36,663 nt of DNA. It comes from Cyanophora paradoxa CCMP329. Lineage: Eukaryota; Plantae; Glaucophyta. The stretch covers positions 1-36,663 of the forward strand of contig QPMI01000422.1 in the NCBI GenBank assembly GCA_004431415.1, given 5' to 3'. Of this stretch, positions 9,857 to 18,531 are shown piece by piece; the first letter of the stretch is position 1; every line of letters starts with the position of its first letter. The notes below the pieces were generated by a model. That model worked only from the letters and a program-made list of their open reading frames with translations, had not been told where the DNA came from and ran no database searches. The position numbers and the translations under genes are program-made.

Positions 9857-11239
9857 TTATGAACGAGATGACCGAAGAATGCGCGTAGTAGGGGCTGTGT
9901 AGCTTGCGCTCTGATTCTTGAATGATTTATACCACCGCTGACTGTTTACCTCTGAGAGCTTCTCGGTTCCCGCAATCGTTAATTTAGCGAGCTCCCTCAG
10001 CGCCCTCTTTGTCTTTTCTGCGCGATCTTCCAATAAAGCCCCTTTCGGAACACTTGCGGCGACATCTATGCCTTCTTTTTGAACCTGCCGGATCGAAGCT
10101 GCCTCTACATCAGCCGCTAAAATAGCGTTGCCTGATGGCTCGACCACAGCTTCGACCTCTGTAATGATCTGCAATTCGTGCGGCTTAAAAAGCTTCGGCA
10201 TTACGTTCCCCGCTGCATCTTGCACCTCTATCGCGTTTCCTCTCCTTCCCGCAATTTTGTAGACCTCTCGGCTATACCTTTGGGTCGCTCCTTTATCAAA
10301 CTTTGATCTCGGCAATAATACACGGACGTGGAGACCCGGCTTAAAGTCGCTGAATATATCCTTTACGATTGTGTTCTTCTTTGAAATAATAGCCGCTCGG
10401 ATCCGCTCCATATCAGAAAGCTTAACATCTGCGGGTTTCATTCCTATGGTTCTGTGAATGGTGTTATTATAATTGAAAACGAAGTCGTCCAATTTGTCCA
10501 TGAATCGAACTGTATTATAAGCGACACAGTAATTGTTTATCATCGTTTTTAAGGTCAAATGAAAGCGATTCATTATTCCCAGAGAAGTGTGATCTCCGAC
10601 CTGTTTAAAGCGGTGCTCTATTCCATTATTTTTTACGACCTCCTGAAACTCCTTCGCAATGAATTCCGAACCGTTATCTGTCTCCAATCGAATCATCGGA
10701 GCCGGGAGCTCTGTGAGCATCTCCGCAAAAGCGGCGGCAACACTTGCGCCCTCCTTATTCTTTAACTTCTTGGCATATGCTTTTCGGCTTGTCATCTCGA
10801 TGAGAGTAAGGACTGCAATGTAGCCGGAATTATAGCTGCCATATGAGAGATAAAAGATGAGATCGGCTTGGTAGCACCACGGCGGGGCTGTGATGGGAAT
10901 AAAAGCGGTTTGGGTCGGTGCGGGGGGCTTCTTGTTGATCTGCATAAATTCTTGTTTCGCTGCGACATCTTGCACTTCTTTCAGTGTGAGGGTCTTGTCC
11001 TCTTTTCTCAGCTCTTCGTACAATGCCGATGGGTTCTTAAAACCTGTTTTTGGGTCATACATGCGGCGCACGATCTTAGAGGACGGGTTAGCAATGCTAA
11101 AAGGAACATCTCCTAATAAATTTGATTTTGCTTGGCGTTTTGTGATTTTTTGGGGGACTTGCTCAGTTTCAGGAACCGCGATAGGTAGTATGGTGGTCTC
11201 TGTCTCCTCGCCCGCTACCCTTCTAACGATCCGTGACAT
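9857..11239 (-). CDS. Polinton-type retroviral-like (rve) integrase, 460 aa
   Basis: YQADL (D1), ETDNGSEF (D2), LGIMNRFHLTLK (N in place of E, 35 residues after D2), YNNTIHRTIGMKP, and C-terminal FKPGLHVRV...FDKG...YSREVYKI typical of Polinton integrases. Confidence 0.93.
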   Translation of the reverse strand: MSRIVRRVAGEETETTILPIAVPETEQVPQKITKRQAKSNLLGDVPFSIANPSSKIVRRMYDPKTGFKNPSALYEELRKEDKTLTLKEVQDVAAKQEFMQINKKPPAPTQTAFIPITAPPWCYQADLIFYLSYGSYNSGYIAVLTLIEMTSRKAYAKKLKNKEGASVAAAFAEMLTELPAPMIRLETDNGSEFIAKEFQEVVKNNGIEHRFKQVGDHTSLGIMNRFHLTLKTMINNYCVAYNTVRFMDKLDDFVFNYNNTIHRTIGMKPADVKLSDMERIRAAIISKKNTIVKDIFSDFKPGLHVRVLLPRSKFDKGATQRYSREVYKIAGRRGNAIEVQDAAGNVMPKLFKPHELQIITEVEAVVEPSGNAILAADVEAASIRQVQKEGIDVAASVPKGALLEDRAEKTKRALRELAKLTIAGTEKLSEVNSQRWYKSFKNQSASYTAPTTRILRSSRS

Positions 11240-11257
11240 TCTTCTAATTAAACCTGT

Positions 11258-14200
11258 TTATTTTTTGCTGCAATTGCACCCGTGATGCACGAGCTGGCAA
11301 TTGTCTTTAAGATGTGGGCGCCTGTTGTTTATGCGATCCACGACGAGCTTGTAATTCGGATCTTGTGGCTCAGTCGGAATAGGAAGGGAACAGAGCGCAC
11401 AGGCGCCCTTCTGTTGCTTCTTGCGCTCTAATATCCACTCCGGCGTAATATAATCCGCCTCATCGAAATCGCGCCCGGCACGCTGATCCTGGCATTTGTA
11501 ACCGCGGATCTTCCCTTTCAGATACTCGATGTAGTCACTCTTTCCTTGGAACTTGTGAATCGGTGTATAAATCAGCACAGTAGACAGATCGCGGTTACGA
11601 GTGAGCGCGGTATAGAACCATTCGCGAGTGGTATAGCGGAACGTAGCCTCACAAATGACAATGCCCGAATCAAGTGTGAGACCTTGCGTTGAATGACCTG
11701 TTCCTGCATAAGGGAGAGAAAAATGTTCTAACATCGCGCACGGAACCTCAAACGTGACACCATCGAAAACGTCCGTTAATGTGACCATTTGCTTTGTGAT
11801 TTTGGTGATTCGATAGGTGTAATTCGTGTATGCGTTTATAGACTCGCCCTCAGACCGCGAAATGCGTAGATACTTGCGGCAAACGACTTCCAAACCCTTG
11901 TAGAATTTGATGCCATTGACCTCTACGGTTGGGATATTTACTTTGCGTCTATCGTGCATCAGTTTGTTGTAGGCTAAGGTCATTTCGTTTCTGTAAGCGA
12001 TGCCAAAGTAGCCGTCGGGAATAGCGCTTAGATCATTAATTGTCGGCAACCCGTATTTCGAGATAATCTGTGCGGCTTCCAGTCCGTTCTCGAAGAGATC
12101 CTCTTTAATCGCCCGAATTAATTCACGGTCTGTCTCCTTCTTGTGCCGCTTGTTAATGCGTAGACTCAGGACGTTAGGGAACATGCTCTGCACAGCGCGC
12201 TTATAGTAGCCCTTGCGATCAGAAACCGATAGCTCATCATTAATCGGTTCGTTCTGATAGGTATCGCCATTAGCCAAATATTTGATATCCGGATAGCGAT
12301 CGATAAACGACTTGATCTTAGCGAGATCTTTTACGGAATACGCGAATATCTCGTCGAACATAATGTGACTGAACTCGGAGACGAACGCCCTCTGGTCTTT
12401 TTCGCTCATAGCCTCTTCGTAGGTCTGATCATTTGAGACACGGATCCCGAGAACATTATATAAAGTACGAACGGTAATATTCTCGATTCCGCGGACTTTG
12501 AGAGAGTCCCTCAGCTCCGCGCACTGTTTGTTATAGGGGCAAATAACTAAGCAATTCGACTTTTGAGATGCGAAACAGTTAATACCGAGTGTCGACTTTC
12601 CACTTCCGGGCATGTCAGCAAGGACAAGCATACGATTATGGAGCTTCGCAACCCAATTAAAGCACTCCGGATTAAATTCGTCCCTCAGCGAGAACCGGTT
12701 AATGAGTGTCTCGGGATCCTGAAATTCGAGAGTTACACCCCGTGGTGGGCGGAGTGCATTCTCAGGGCATCTTTTCCCGGGAATATAGCTGAATTTGCCC
12801 ATGTTCTCAAACGCATTTCGGTCGAACTCTTTCTTACTTGTCCATGAACCTTCGATATATAGGCAATCCGTTCTGATCCCGGCAACCTTGTGCCCGCGCG
12901 CTGTCAGGCGCTTGTATTGCGCAAACATATTGGCACGGTTGCGATCGTAAATATGAAAGTGGATAGGAAGGAATCCGTTAACGAGCTCGCGGTGGGAGCT
13001 GATCTTAACGAAATAGATGTGACCTTCGAATTCGCTAAGAGTTTTGACACGTTTCGAATTCTTAGGATTGAAAGTAAACACCTCTACTGTTCCTCCGCAT
13101 TCTTGGGCGAACCTCTCAGCCTCGGCACGGTTGTAGAACATTTTCGTGGATGTTTGCGAGTCTTGGAATTTGCCGAGCATTCCGATCTCTTTCACTAAAA
13201 TGTGCTTCTTATCTGTGGTTTGAATGTCACTTGAAAGTACTTTCTTCATCTCCGAGATCGAAGTATTGGGCACCAAATGCGAAGGCTCCGCGACCGCGAT
13301 AATCTCTATCTTGTCCTTTACGTCCGCCCAATGCATGGAGAGAGTGTAGCCTGTCATGAAATTATAACAGCGACCACTCACGGAAAATGCGCGATCCAGT
13401 ATAATTTCGATTCCATCAATCTTGCGAGACATGGCGGCATCATAATCAATATCCTCGTCGTCTGCGAAAGTTGCTTGCTCTCTCTCAAACGCAACGACAC
13501 GCACGTAGTAGATCGCGTATTCGAGAATATCGCTTCCCGCTTTAAAGGGAACGAAGTCATCAAACACATTGTATTTCGGAAGATATTGCATGCCTTTCAG
13601 TATCGAAGGGTAGCACTTCGCCATATCGACAGCTGTGTAGGTAGCTTTCGGGTTCGGCTTATAGAAATAGCCGCTTAGTGCGGATCGCTTGTAGTGCGTG
13701 AGAATTTCGCGCATATTCGGGCTGTAATGTGAGATATTCGTCGCATTTAGAAGCGACTCGCGGAATCCCTTCCCGATTTCACAGACCTTATTATAATACT
13801 CCTCTGTTTCGAAATCTTGCTCAATAAAGTGGTCTGTTGTGCGTGGATCTTTGATAGAGAACATCGAGCCATTAGCTTTGAATGTGATGCTGTCGATCTG
13901 TTTCGATGGTGTTAGCTTCACTGCGGGTTCATATCGCATTTTCAGGAACGTAAATAGAAGACCTTCCAGACCTTCGCGCCCAGTATACAGAATGCGGATG
14001 AAACTGCGCTCGTCGGGCGATAGTTTAAGTTGCGTGATCTTTAACAAATCCTTGGATGTGTGCGCGAAGATATCGTGAGTAAGACACGTCGGAATTTTAT
14101 AGAGTGCTAACGAAGAGGTCGACTTAGGAACATGATTATCGAGCTCTTCGACCTCCATCTTCGCCATGCGCATTTCGAGCGACTTGATGTTATCGTTGAA

Positions 14201-15574
14201 TATATAGATGTGCTTGTTGTGAATCATAAAGTGAATATTGCGGGGAAAGATGTTTTTGTTAATTGATTCCGCCGCGAATTTGTGTATTAACTTTCCGTCG
14301 ACATCAAAGACGCGGAAGCCTGTCTGAATTCTCTTACAGAATTTCTCGATATGGCGGAGGGTGAGAGCCAGAGAGTCGCCAGGTGTGCGTTCGCGACCGT
14401 GAAAGAATTTATAGAGACCGTCGTAGGACATAGTTAAGTCAGTATATCGCGGTTTTGGCGCGTCCTGACACTTCTTAATGGACGCTCCCCATGTGGAGAT
14501 GATCATATCGTATCCGCAAGCGTTAGATGTAGATGATTTGGGAAGCTCAATAACATCTTCGAACTCAGACGCGTTTGGATTTAATGTGTAGTCTGTGAAT
14601 TTGCTCATAATCGCGGTGCATCGCATGCTGTCCGTAAGCTCCTCATCCAGAAACGCATAGCGATTGCCAGGGATAGCACCGGCTCCGTCATCTTCGACAC
14701 CTTCGTCCCCATCGATCACGACCTCATGAACAGTTATAAAGGCATCATCGATACTGCCGCCAAGATCATCAAATATTAGGCGTAGTCTTTTCTGTTCCTC
14801 GGTTGGTGGTGTCTTAAAGAAGAACACCTCGTATGCTTCGCCGAAAGTTTTAAGTCCTACTGCCAATTCATCGTAGTTTTTGAGTAAATAGAAGATTGAT
14901 TCGCTCTCATGCCAATCATGACGAACTTGACCCGGTCTAATTATAATTTGAGACATTCTATCCATTTTCGCCAGAGCAAAGCTTCGCAACACACTCACCG
15001 AAACTGTCTCTCTTATCTTGCGGTAGGTGACAAAGGTTCTGTCTGGCATATTTACTTCGGGAATTCCGGGAATAACAAATACCTCCGACGACCGAGCACC
15101 GGATCCAGGTCCCCATAGATTGAACGTAATTGTTGCGAGAGTTTCCGGATCGTATGCGGCGATTGGATCGAGAATAGTGCGTTTAATTGCATCCTCTACC
15201 GTTTTTAGTTTACCTCTCTGCTGCTTTGCTTCGAGCTTCGCTTCTTTCGCTCGTTTCTGTTCTTGCTTGCGATCGAAGCGCTGTAAACGCTTAGCCTCTT
15301 GTTCTTTTTGCTTTTGCTTTTCTATGTTAACTTGGGTGCGAGCGGCGCGCTTTTCTTTCCGCTCTGCCCTGCGGAAAACGCGGGGATTAATGATGCCATT
15401 CAGAGTATCCCGAATGTCGATCAGCGTTTGGAGCTTGGGCTTCCGATTCATTGTGTTGTGCATCGCCCAATGCGCCTGTTCTTCGGTTAGCAAATCCTGA
15501 CTCAATCCCTGCATAATGTATCCGATAATTTCATCCCGAACATTGTTAGCGATTCTGTTGGTTGCGCGCGGCAT
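11258..15574 (-). CDS. Fusion of divergent family-B DNA polymerase, SF1 (RecD/Pif1-like) helicase and C-terminal HNH/His-Me finger domain, 1438 aa
   Basis: PolB motif A AVDMAKCYPS, motif B KKHILVKEIGMLGK, motif C GIRTDCL. Helicase Walker A MPGSGKS, Walker B MFDEIF, GDTYQN, TGHSTQGLTL, YTALTR. C-terminus CALC...VDRINNRRPHLKDNCQLVHHGCN. Confidence 0.88.
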   Translation of the reverse strand: MPRATNRIANNVRDEIIGYIMQGLSQDLLTEEQAHWAMHNTMNRKPKLQTLIDIRDTLNGIINPRVFRRAERKEKRAARTQVNIEKQKQKEQEAKRLQRFDRKQEQKRAKEAKLEAKQQRGKLKTVEDAIKRTILDPIAAYDPETLATITFNLWGPGSGARSSEVFVIPGIPEVNMPDRTFVTYRKIRETVSVSVLRSFALAKMDRMSQIIIRPGQVRHDWHESESIFYLLKNYDELAVGLKTFGEAYEVFFFKTPPTEEQKRLRLIFDDLGGSIDDAFITVHEVVIDGDEGVEDDGAGAIPGNRYAFLDEELTDSMRCTAIMSKFTDYTLNPNASEFEDVIELPKSSTSNACGYDMIISTWGASIKKCQDAPKPRYTDLTMSYDGLYKFFHGRERTPGDSLALTLRHIEKFCKRIQTGFRVFDVDGKLIHKFAAESINKNIFPRNIHFMIHNKHIYIFNDNIKSLEMRMAKMEVEELDNHVPKSTSSLALYKIPTCLTHDIFAHTSKDLLKITQLKLSPDERSFIRILYTGREGLEGLLFTFLKMRYEPAVKLTPSKQIDSITFKANGSMFSIKDPRTTDHFIEQDFETEEYYNKVCEIGKGFRESLLNATNISHYSPNMREILTHYKRSALSGYFYKPNPKATYTAVDMAKCYPSILKGMQYLPKYNVFDDFVPFKAGSDILEYAIYYVRVVAFEREQATFADDEDIDYDAAMSRKIDGIEIILDRAFSVSGRCYNFMTGYTLSMHWADVKDKIEIIAVAEPSHLVPNTSISEMKKVLSSDIQTTDKKHILVKEIGMLGKFQDSQTSTKMFYNRAEAERFAQECGGTVEVFTFNPKNSKRVKTLSEFEGHIYFVKISSHRELVNGFLPIHFHIYDRNRANMFAQYKRLTARGHKVAGIRTDCLYIEGSWTSKKEFDRNAFENMGKFSYIPGKRCPENALRPPRGVTLEFQDPETLINRFSLRDEFNPECFNWVAKLHNRMLVLADMPGSGKSTLGINCFASQKSNCLVICPYNKQCAELRDSLKVRGIENITVRTLYNVLGIRVSNDQTYEEAMSEKDQRAFVSEFSHIMFDEIFAYSVKDLAKIKSFIDRYPDIKYLANGDTYQNEPINDELSVSDRKGYYKRAVQSMFPNVLSLRINKRHKKETDRELIRAIKEDLFENGLEAAQIISKYGLPTINDLSAIPDGYFGIAYRNEMTLAYNKLMHDRRKVNIPTVEVNGIKFYKGLEVVCRKYLRISRSEGESINAYTNYTYRITKITKQMVTLTDVFDGVTFEVPCAMLEHFSLPYAGTGHSTQGLTLDSGIVICEATFRYTTREWFYTALTRNRDLSTVLIYTPIHKFQGKSDYIEYLKGKIRGYKCQDQRAGRDFDEADYITPEWILERKKQQKGACALCSLPIPTEPQDPNYKLVVDRINNRRPHLKDNCQLVHHGCNCSKK

Positions 15575-15596
15575 CTCTATTAGTTCTTTTAAAATA

Positions 15597-15616
15597 ACCG
15601 GAGAAAATAATTTCGG
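15597..15616 (-). promoter_or_regulatory. Conserved upstream motif before the PolB-helicase gene
   Basis: Plus-strand ACCGGAGAAAATAATTTCGG, identical to 9831-9850; 22 bp separate it from the ATG at 15574. Confidence 0.65.
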
Positions 15617-15743
15617 CGCAATCTACCAAATTCTCCTTTTCATACCCTTGTCGCCAAATCTTTAAGTGCTTTTTTGACCGATACGGGGAATAAAAATGGA
15701 GGTAAAAAATTAATCATTTTTTGCATCGTGCGGATACTTTCCG

Positions 15744-16157
15744 CTACGAATTTTTCGCGTTCTCGACGACATGCTTTCGGGGTCTCCCAGCGGGCTTTTG
15801 CGGCTGGGGCTTCACCGGCGGATTCAGCTTTCGTTCCGCTCTTTTCCTGCGTTGGTATTCCCTTGCCTTCTCTCGGATTTTCTCCCGATACTCTTCATCG
15901 TCTTGGTATCGCTGCTGTTTACGAATTGCAATCTTTTGTAGCTGTTCCGGGGTGAATATCGTAGCCTCTCCGGCGGCTAATCGCTCCTGTTTCTGTCTCT
16001 GATGCTTGTTTCGCTGCCGCTCGGCGTCTTTTTCGCGTTTCAGTCTTAATCTCTCCGCCTTCTCCTCTTCTGTGATCACCTTCTTTGGTCGCCCGGGTCT
16101 GCGCTTTTCTTGCTGTGCCGCCATTGCCTCTTGGTTTGAAATCTTGGGTTTCGCCAT
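15744..16157 (-). CDS. Basic coiled-coil protein with two AT-hook motifs, 137 aa
   Basis: KRRPGRPKK and PAGRPRK flank K/R/E/Q-rich helices. The shared motif lies at 16166-16178. Confidence 0.75.
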   Translation of the reverse strand: MAKPKISNQEAMAAQQEKRRPGRPKKVITEEEKAERLRLKREKDAERQRNKHQRQKQERLAAGEATIFTPEQLQKIAIRKQQRYQDDEEYREKIREKAREYQRRKRAERKLNPPVKPQPQKPAGRPRKHVVENAKNS

Positions 16158-16165
16158 TTACTATA

Positions 16166-16178
16166 ACCGGAGAAAATA
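16166..16178 (-). promoter_or_regulatory. Conserved upstream motif (TATTTTCTCCGGT) before the AT-hook gene
   Basis: Minus strand reads TATTTTCTCCGGTTATAGTAAATG directly into the start codon. Confidence 0.6.
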
Positions 16179-16281
16179 GTTTTTTGTCACTCTGTATTAT
16201 TTCCCTTGCCCTTATATACCTTTTACCGAAACCTTCAATTTTTGCGCTCGGATCGATACAAGCGCCACCGAAATTCACCGC

Positions 16282-16716
16282 TCAATAACCGTTCCAGACG
16301 GTTCTTTCTTGTTGCTGAGGATATACATAAGGTTGCTGAGGATAAACATAAGGGTTCGTTACATTTTCATCGTCGCCTAATGGCATTTGATCCAATCTAT
16401 ACATCGGATAAGGGGAGTCAGCGCGCAAATGACCTTCTACAAATTCAGGACATGAGCGCCTTCTAATATGCTCTACATGCACGTCCTCTATCTGAGCGGT
16501 TTCGATATTAGAACTCATAGCCGCGGGCACAGGCGAGGGCGATCGAGATCGTGGGTGGTTGTGATTGTCGCTGTGGTTAGAATATACAGAAAGGCGCCTA
16601 CCTCCATTCTCGTCGTCAGAAATATTAACCTCTACGGTTGTGTCACAGCAAGGACTGTGGCAATTAGACACGACATGAAGCTGAAACATTTCAATGCATT
16701 GTGTGATGAAATTCAT
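16282..16716 (-). CDS. Hypothetical viral protein, 144 aa (Cys-rich N-terminus, PYVYPQQ repeat)
   Basis: ATG-initiated ORF filling the gap, with the shared motif upstream at 16748-16759. Confidence 0.6.
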   Translation of the reverse strand: MNFITQCIEMFQLHVVSNCHSPCCDTTVEVNISDDENGGRRLSVYSNHSDNHNHPRSRSPSPVPAAMSSNIETAQIEDVHVEHIRRRSCPEFVEGHLRADSPYPMYRLDQMPLGDDENVTNPYVYPQQPYVYPQQQERTVWNGY

Positions 16717-16765
16717 CGATCCTACAAGGACGCAACGTATTAAATATCGGAGAAAATAAAAGGGA

Positions 16766-16924
16766 ATGAGGGCTTTACTTGCTCGTGTGTTCCCCTACGA
16801 ATTGGTCGAACTTATAATGCTGTTTATGGAGCCGACCTGTCCCTATTGCAAGGGAGTCCACATAAAGACCCGCTCTAAATACGGGCGGGTTCAGCTTTGC
16901 CTTGCGGATATTCACAGCCATTAG
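16766..16924 (+). CDS. 52-aa micro-ORF with an F-box-like N-terminus and CxxC-H-C residues (not in the ORF track)
   Basis: MRALLARVFPYELVELIMLFMEPTCPYCKGVHIKTRSKYGRVQLCLADIHSH*. It fills the intergenic gap exactly, and its TAG overlaps the convergent TAA at 16921-16923. Confidence 0.5.
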   Translation: MRALLARVFPYELVELIMLFMEPTCPYCKGVHIKTRSKYGRVQLCLADIHSH

Positions 16925-17604
16925 CGGATATGGCGTTTACCACCAAGCATTGCGGCATAATTCACGGGTGCGGTCGGCACAATATGTGCATATTGCGGGG
17001 CAACCGATTGCTGTCGAGTTACGGCTTGCGCATCTGTCTTTTCCTCCTTTTTAATCTCCTCTACGTCGACTTTTTGCTTTAATCCGAGTTTGGAGATCTC
17101 TTTCTTCACGAGCCCCTTTAATTTCTTGCGTTCGTTATAATCTTGCATCCATTTCTCGTAGTTAGAGACTTTCATTTCAAGGTCTCGCACTTTCTCTTCG
17201 AAGCTCATGACAACGTCGACAGGAACCGTGTGTTTTTGATAGGATCCGCGCTTTTTGAGCTCAGTTTCGGCGGCTTTCGGGACGTCTTGCGTTTTGTGCT
17301 GGCTTGCGACAACTTGCGCTTTAATTACTTTGTCGGTTGCTTCATCAACAGAGCCGCCTCCAATCTGTGGTTTTACAGTAGCTAAATCGTCCATTTGGCG
17401 TTTACCGCTATCTTGGTTTCCCTTGTCCGCGGTGGCACTCGCAATAATCGCCTCTTGCTTGGCGACCTCCTCTGGCGAAGTGTCTATAAGATATTCGGGC
17501 ATTTCGAGACCGCCACCCGACGTTAACCCAGACTCTTCAAGTCCGCGATTAGGATTACCAGAAGCGACAGTTTGAATGGTTTGAGGCTTCTTTCGGTAGA
17601 CCAT
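16921..17604 (-). CDS. Hypothetical viral protein, 227 aa, with a coiled-coil/lysine-rich C-half (possible core protein)
   Basis: ATG starts 2 bp after the ATPase stop, in a compact co-oriented block with MCP and ATPase. Confidence 0.7.
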   Translation of the reverse strand: MVYRKKPQTIQTVASGNPNRGLEESGLTSGGGLEMPEYLIDTSPEEVAKQEAIIASATADKGNQDSGKRQMDDLATVKPQIGGGSVDEATDKVIKAQVVASQHKTQDVPKAAETELKKRGSYQKHTVPVDVVMSFEEKVRDLEMKVSNYEKWMQDYNERKKLKGLVKKEISKLGLKQKVDVEEIKKEEKTDAQAVTRQQSVAPQYAHIVPTAPVNYAAMLGGKRHIR

Positions 17605-17606
17605 GA

Positions 17607-18473
17607 TTATCTTCTCTTACATTTGATTAACATTTTCTTTTTCTTAGGCGAAATTTGCGAAAGTTTGGGGATACCTTCAAGCTCACGCTCAAATTTGGAT
17701 AAAGTTCGACAGACAGTTGTCGAATCTTTGACAGGCGGCGGTTTTGTCGCTTGCTCCTCTTGTTGTTTGCGCTTCTTTTCTTCAAAAGCCGCCCGCTTGT
17801 GGAATTTAGTAAACGGATGGTCATCGATCATATCGGCTTTTTCGACCCACCATCGCACAGAATACCCGGTATTATCGTGAATGATCGCTTGGTAGCTATG
17901 ACAGAATTCTTGGAACATGCGCTTAAAACTCTCTTTATCCATGTTCCCGAACTCTTCGTGATATGCTTCAAACTCTCGCATGTTTGACCAGCTTAGGAAT
18001 ATGATATACTCCGCATTGCTGCGAATGATCGTTGAAAGCTTTGTTAGTTTCTGCGATATTAAAGCGACGCTACAAAACGTATGACGACCTTGCGCCATCA
18101 ATTTATTTAGCAAATGATCGCGCGAGAGATCAATAGTTCCCGATTCCAAACAATCGTCGAGCACGATGAGAATATTCTTTGGTTTCTTACCCGCAATGAT
18201 AGCCTTTTTGCGGGCTTCTATGATCGACTCTACGTATTCCGGTTTCCAGGTGTCATGTACTTCGTCTGTTATTTGACCCCAGAAACCGTTAAAACTCGTA
18301 GGACAGAAAACCAGAACATACGAGATCTGGTCTTCGAGTTCTTTGATCAGCCACTTTAAGAATACCGATTTACCACAATTGGTTTTCGCCAATAGGAGAA
18401 ATCGTGCGGGAAGTTTCACCCTCTGTTTCGGGTTCCATTCTTCGAGATCCATGGGCGTTGTCCCTTTTTGCAT
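17607..18473 (-). CDS. A32-like (FtsK-HerA) genome-packaging ATPase
   Basis: Walker A LLAKTNCGKS, Walker B ILIVLDD, QGRH arginine finger, LISQK and IRSN. First ATG at 18473. Confidence 0.92.
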   Translation of the reverse strand: MQKGTTPMDLEEWNPKQRVKLPARFLLLAKTNCGKSVFLKWLIKELEDQISYVLVFCPTSFNGFWGQITDEVHDTWKPEYVESIIEARKKAIIAGKKPKNILIVLDDCLESGTIDLSRDHLLNKLMAQGRHTFCSVALISQKLTKLSTIIRSNAEYIIFLSWSNMREFEAYHEEFGNMDKESFKRMFQEFCHSYQAIIHDNTGYSVRWWVEKADMIDDHPFTKFHKRAAFEEKKRKQQEEQATKPPPVKDSTTVCRTLSKFERELEGIPKLSQISPKKKKMLIKCKRR

Positions 18474-18531
18474 TCTTTCACTATAAAAACAATAGAAAAA
18501 TAAGACTGACTGTGGTAATCGCACGAATTCC

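Noticed and set aside
18474-18524. Non-ATG N-terminal extension of the ATPase (and 20820-20951 for penton 1)
   Set aside because: Eukaryotic-type ATG starts at 18473 and 20819 fit better. The extensions cover the upstream motif or overlap the opposite gene.
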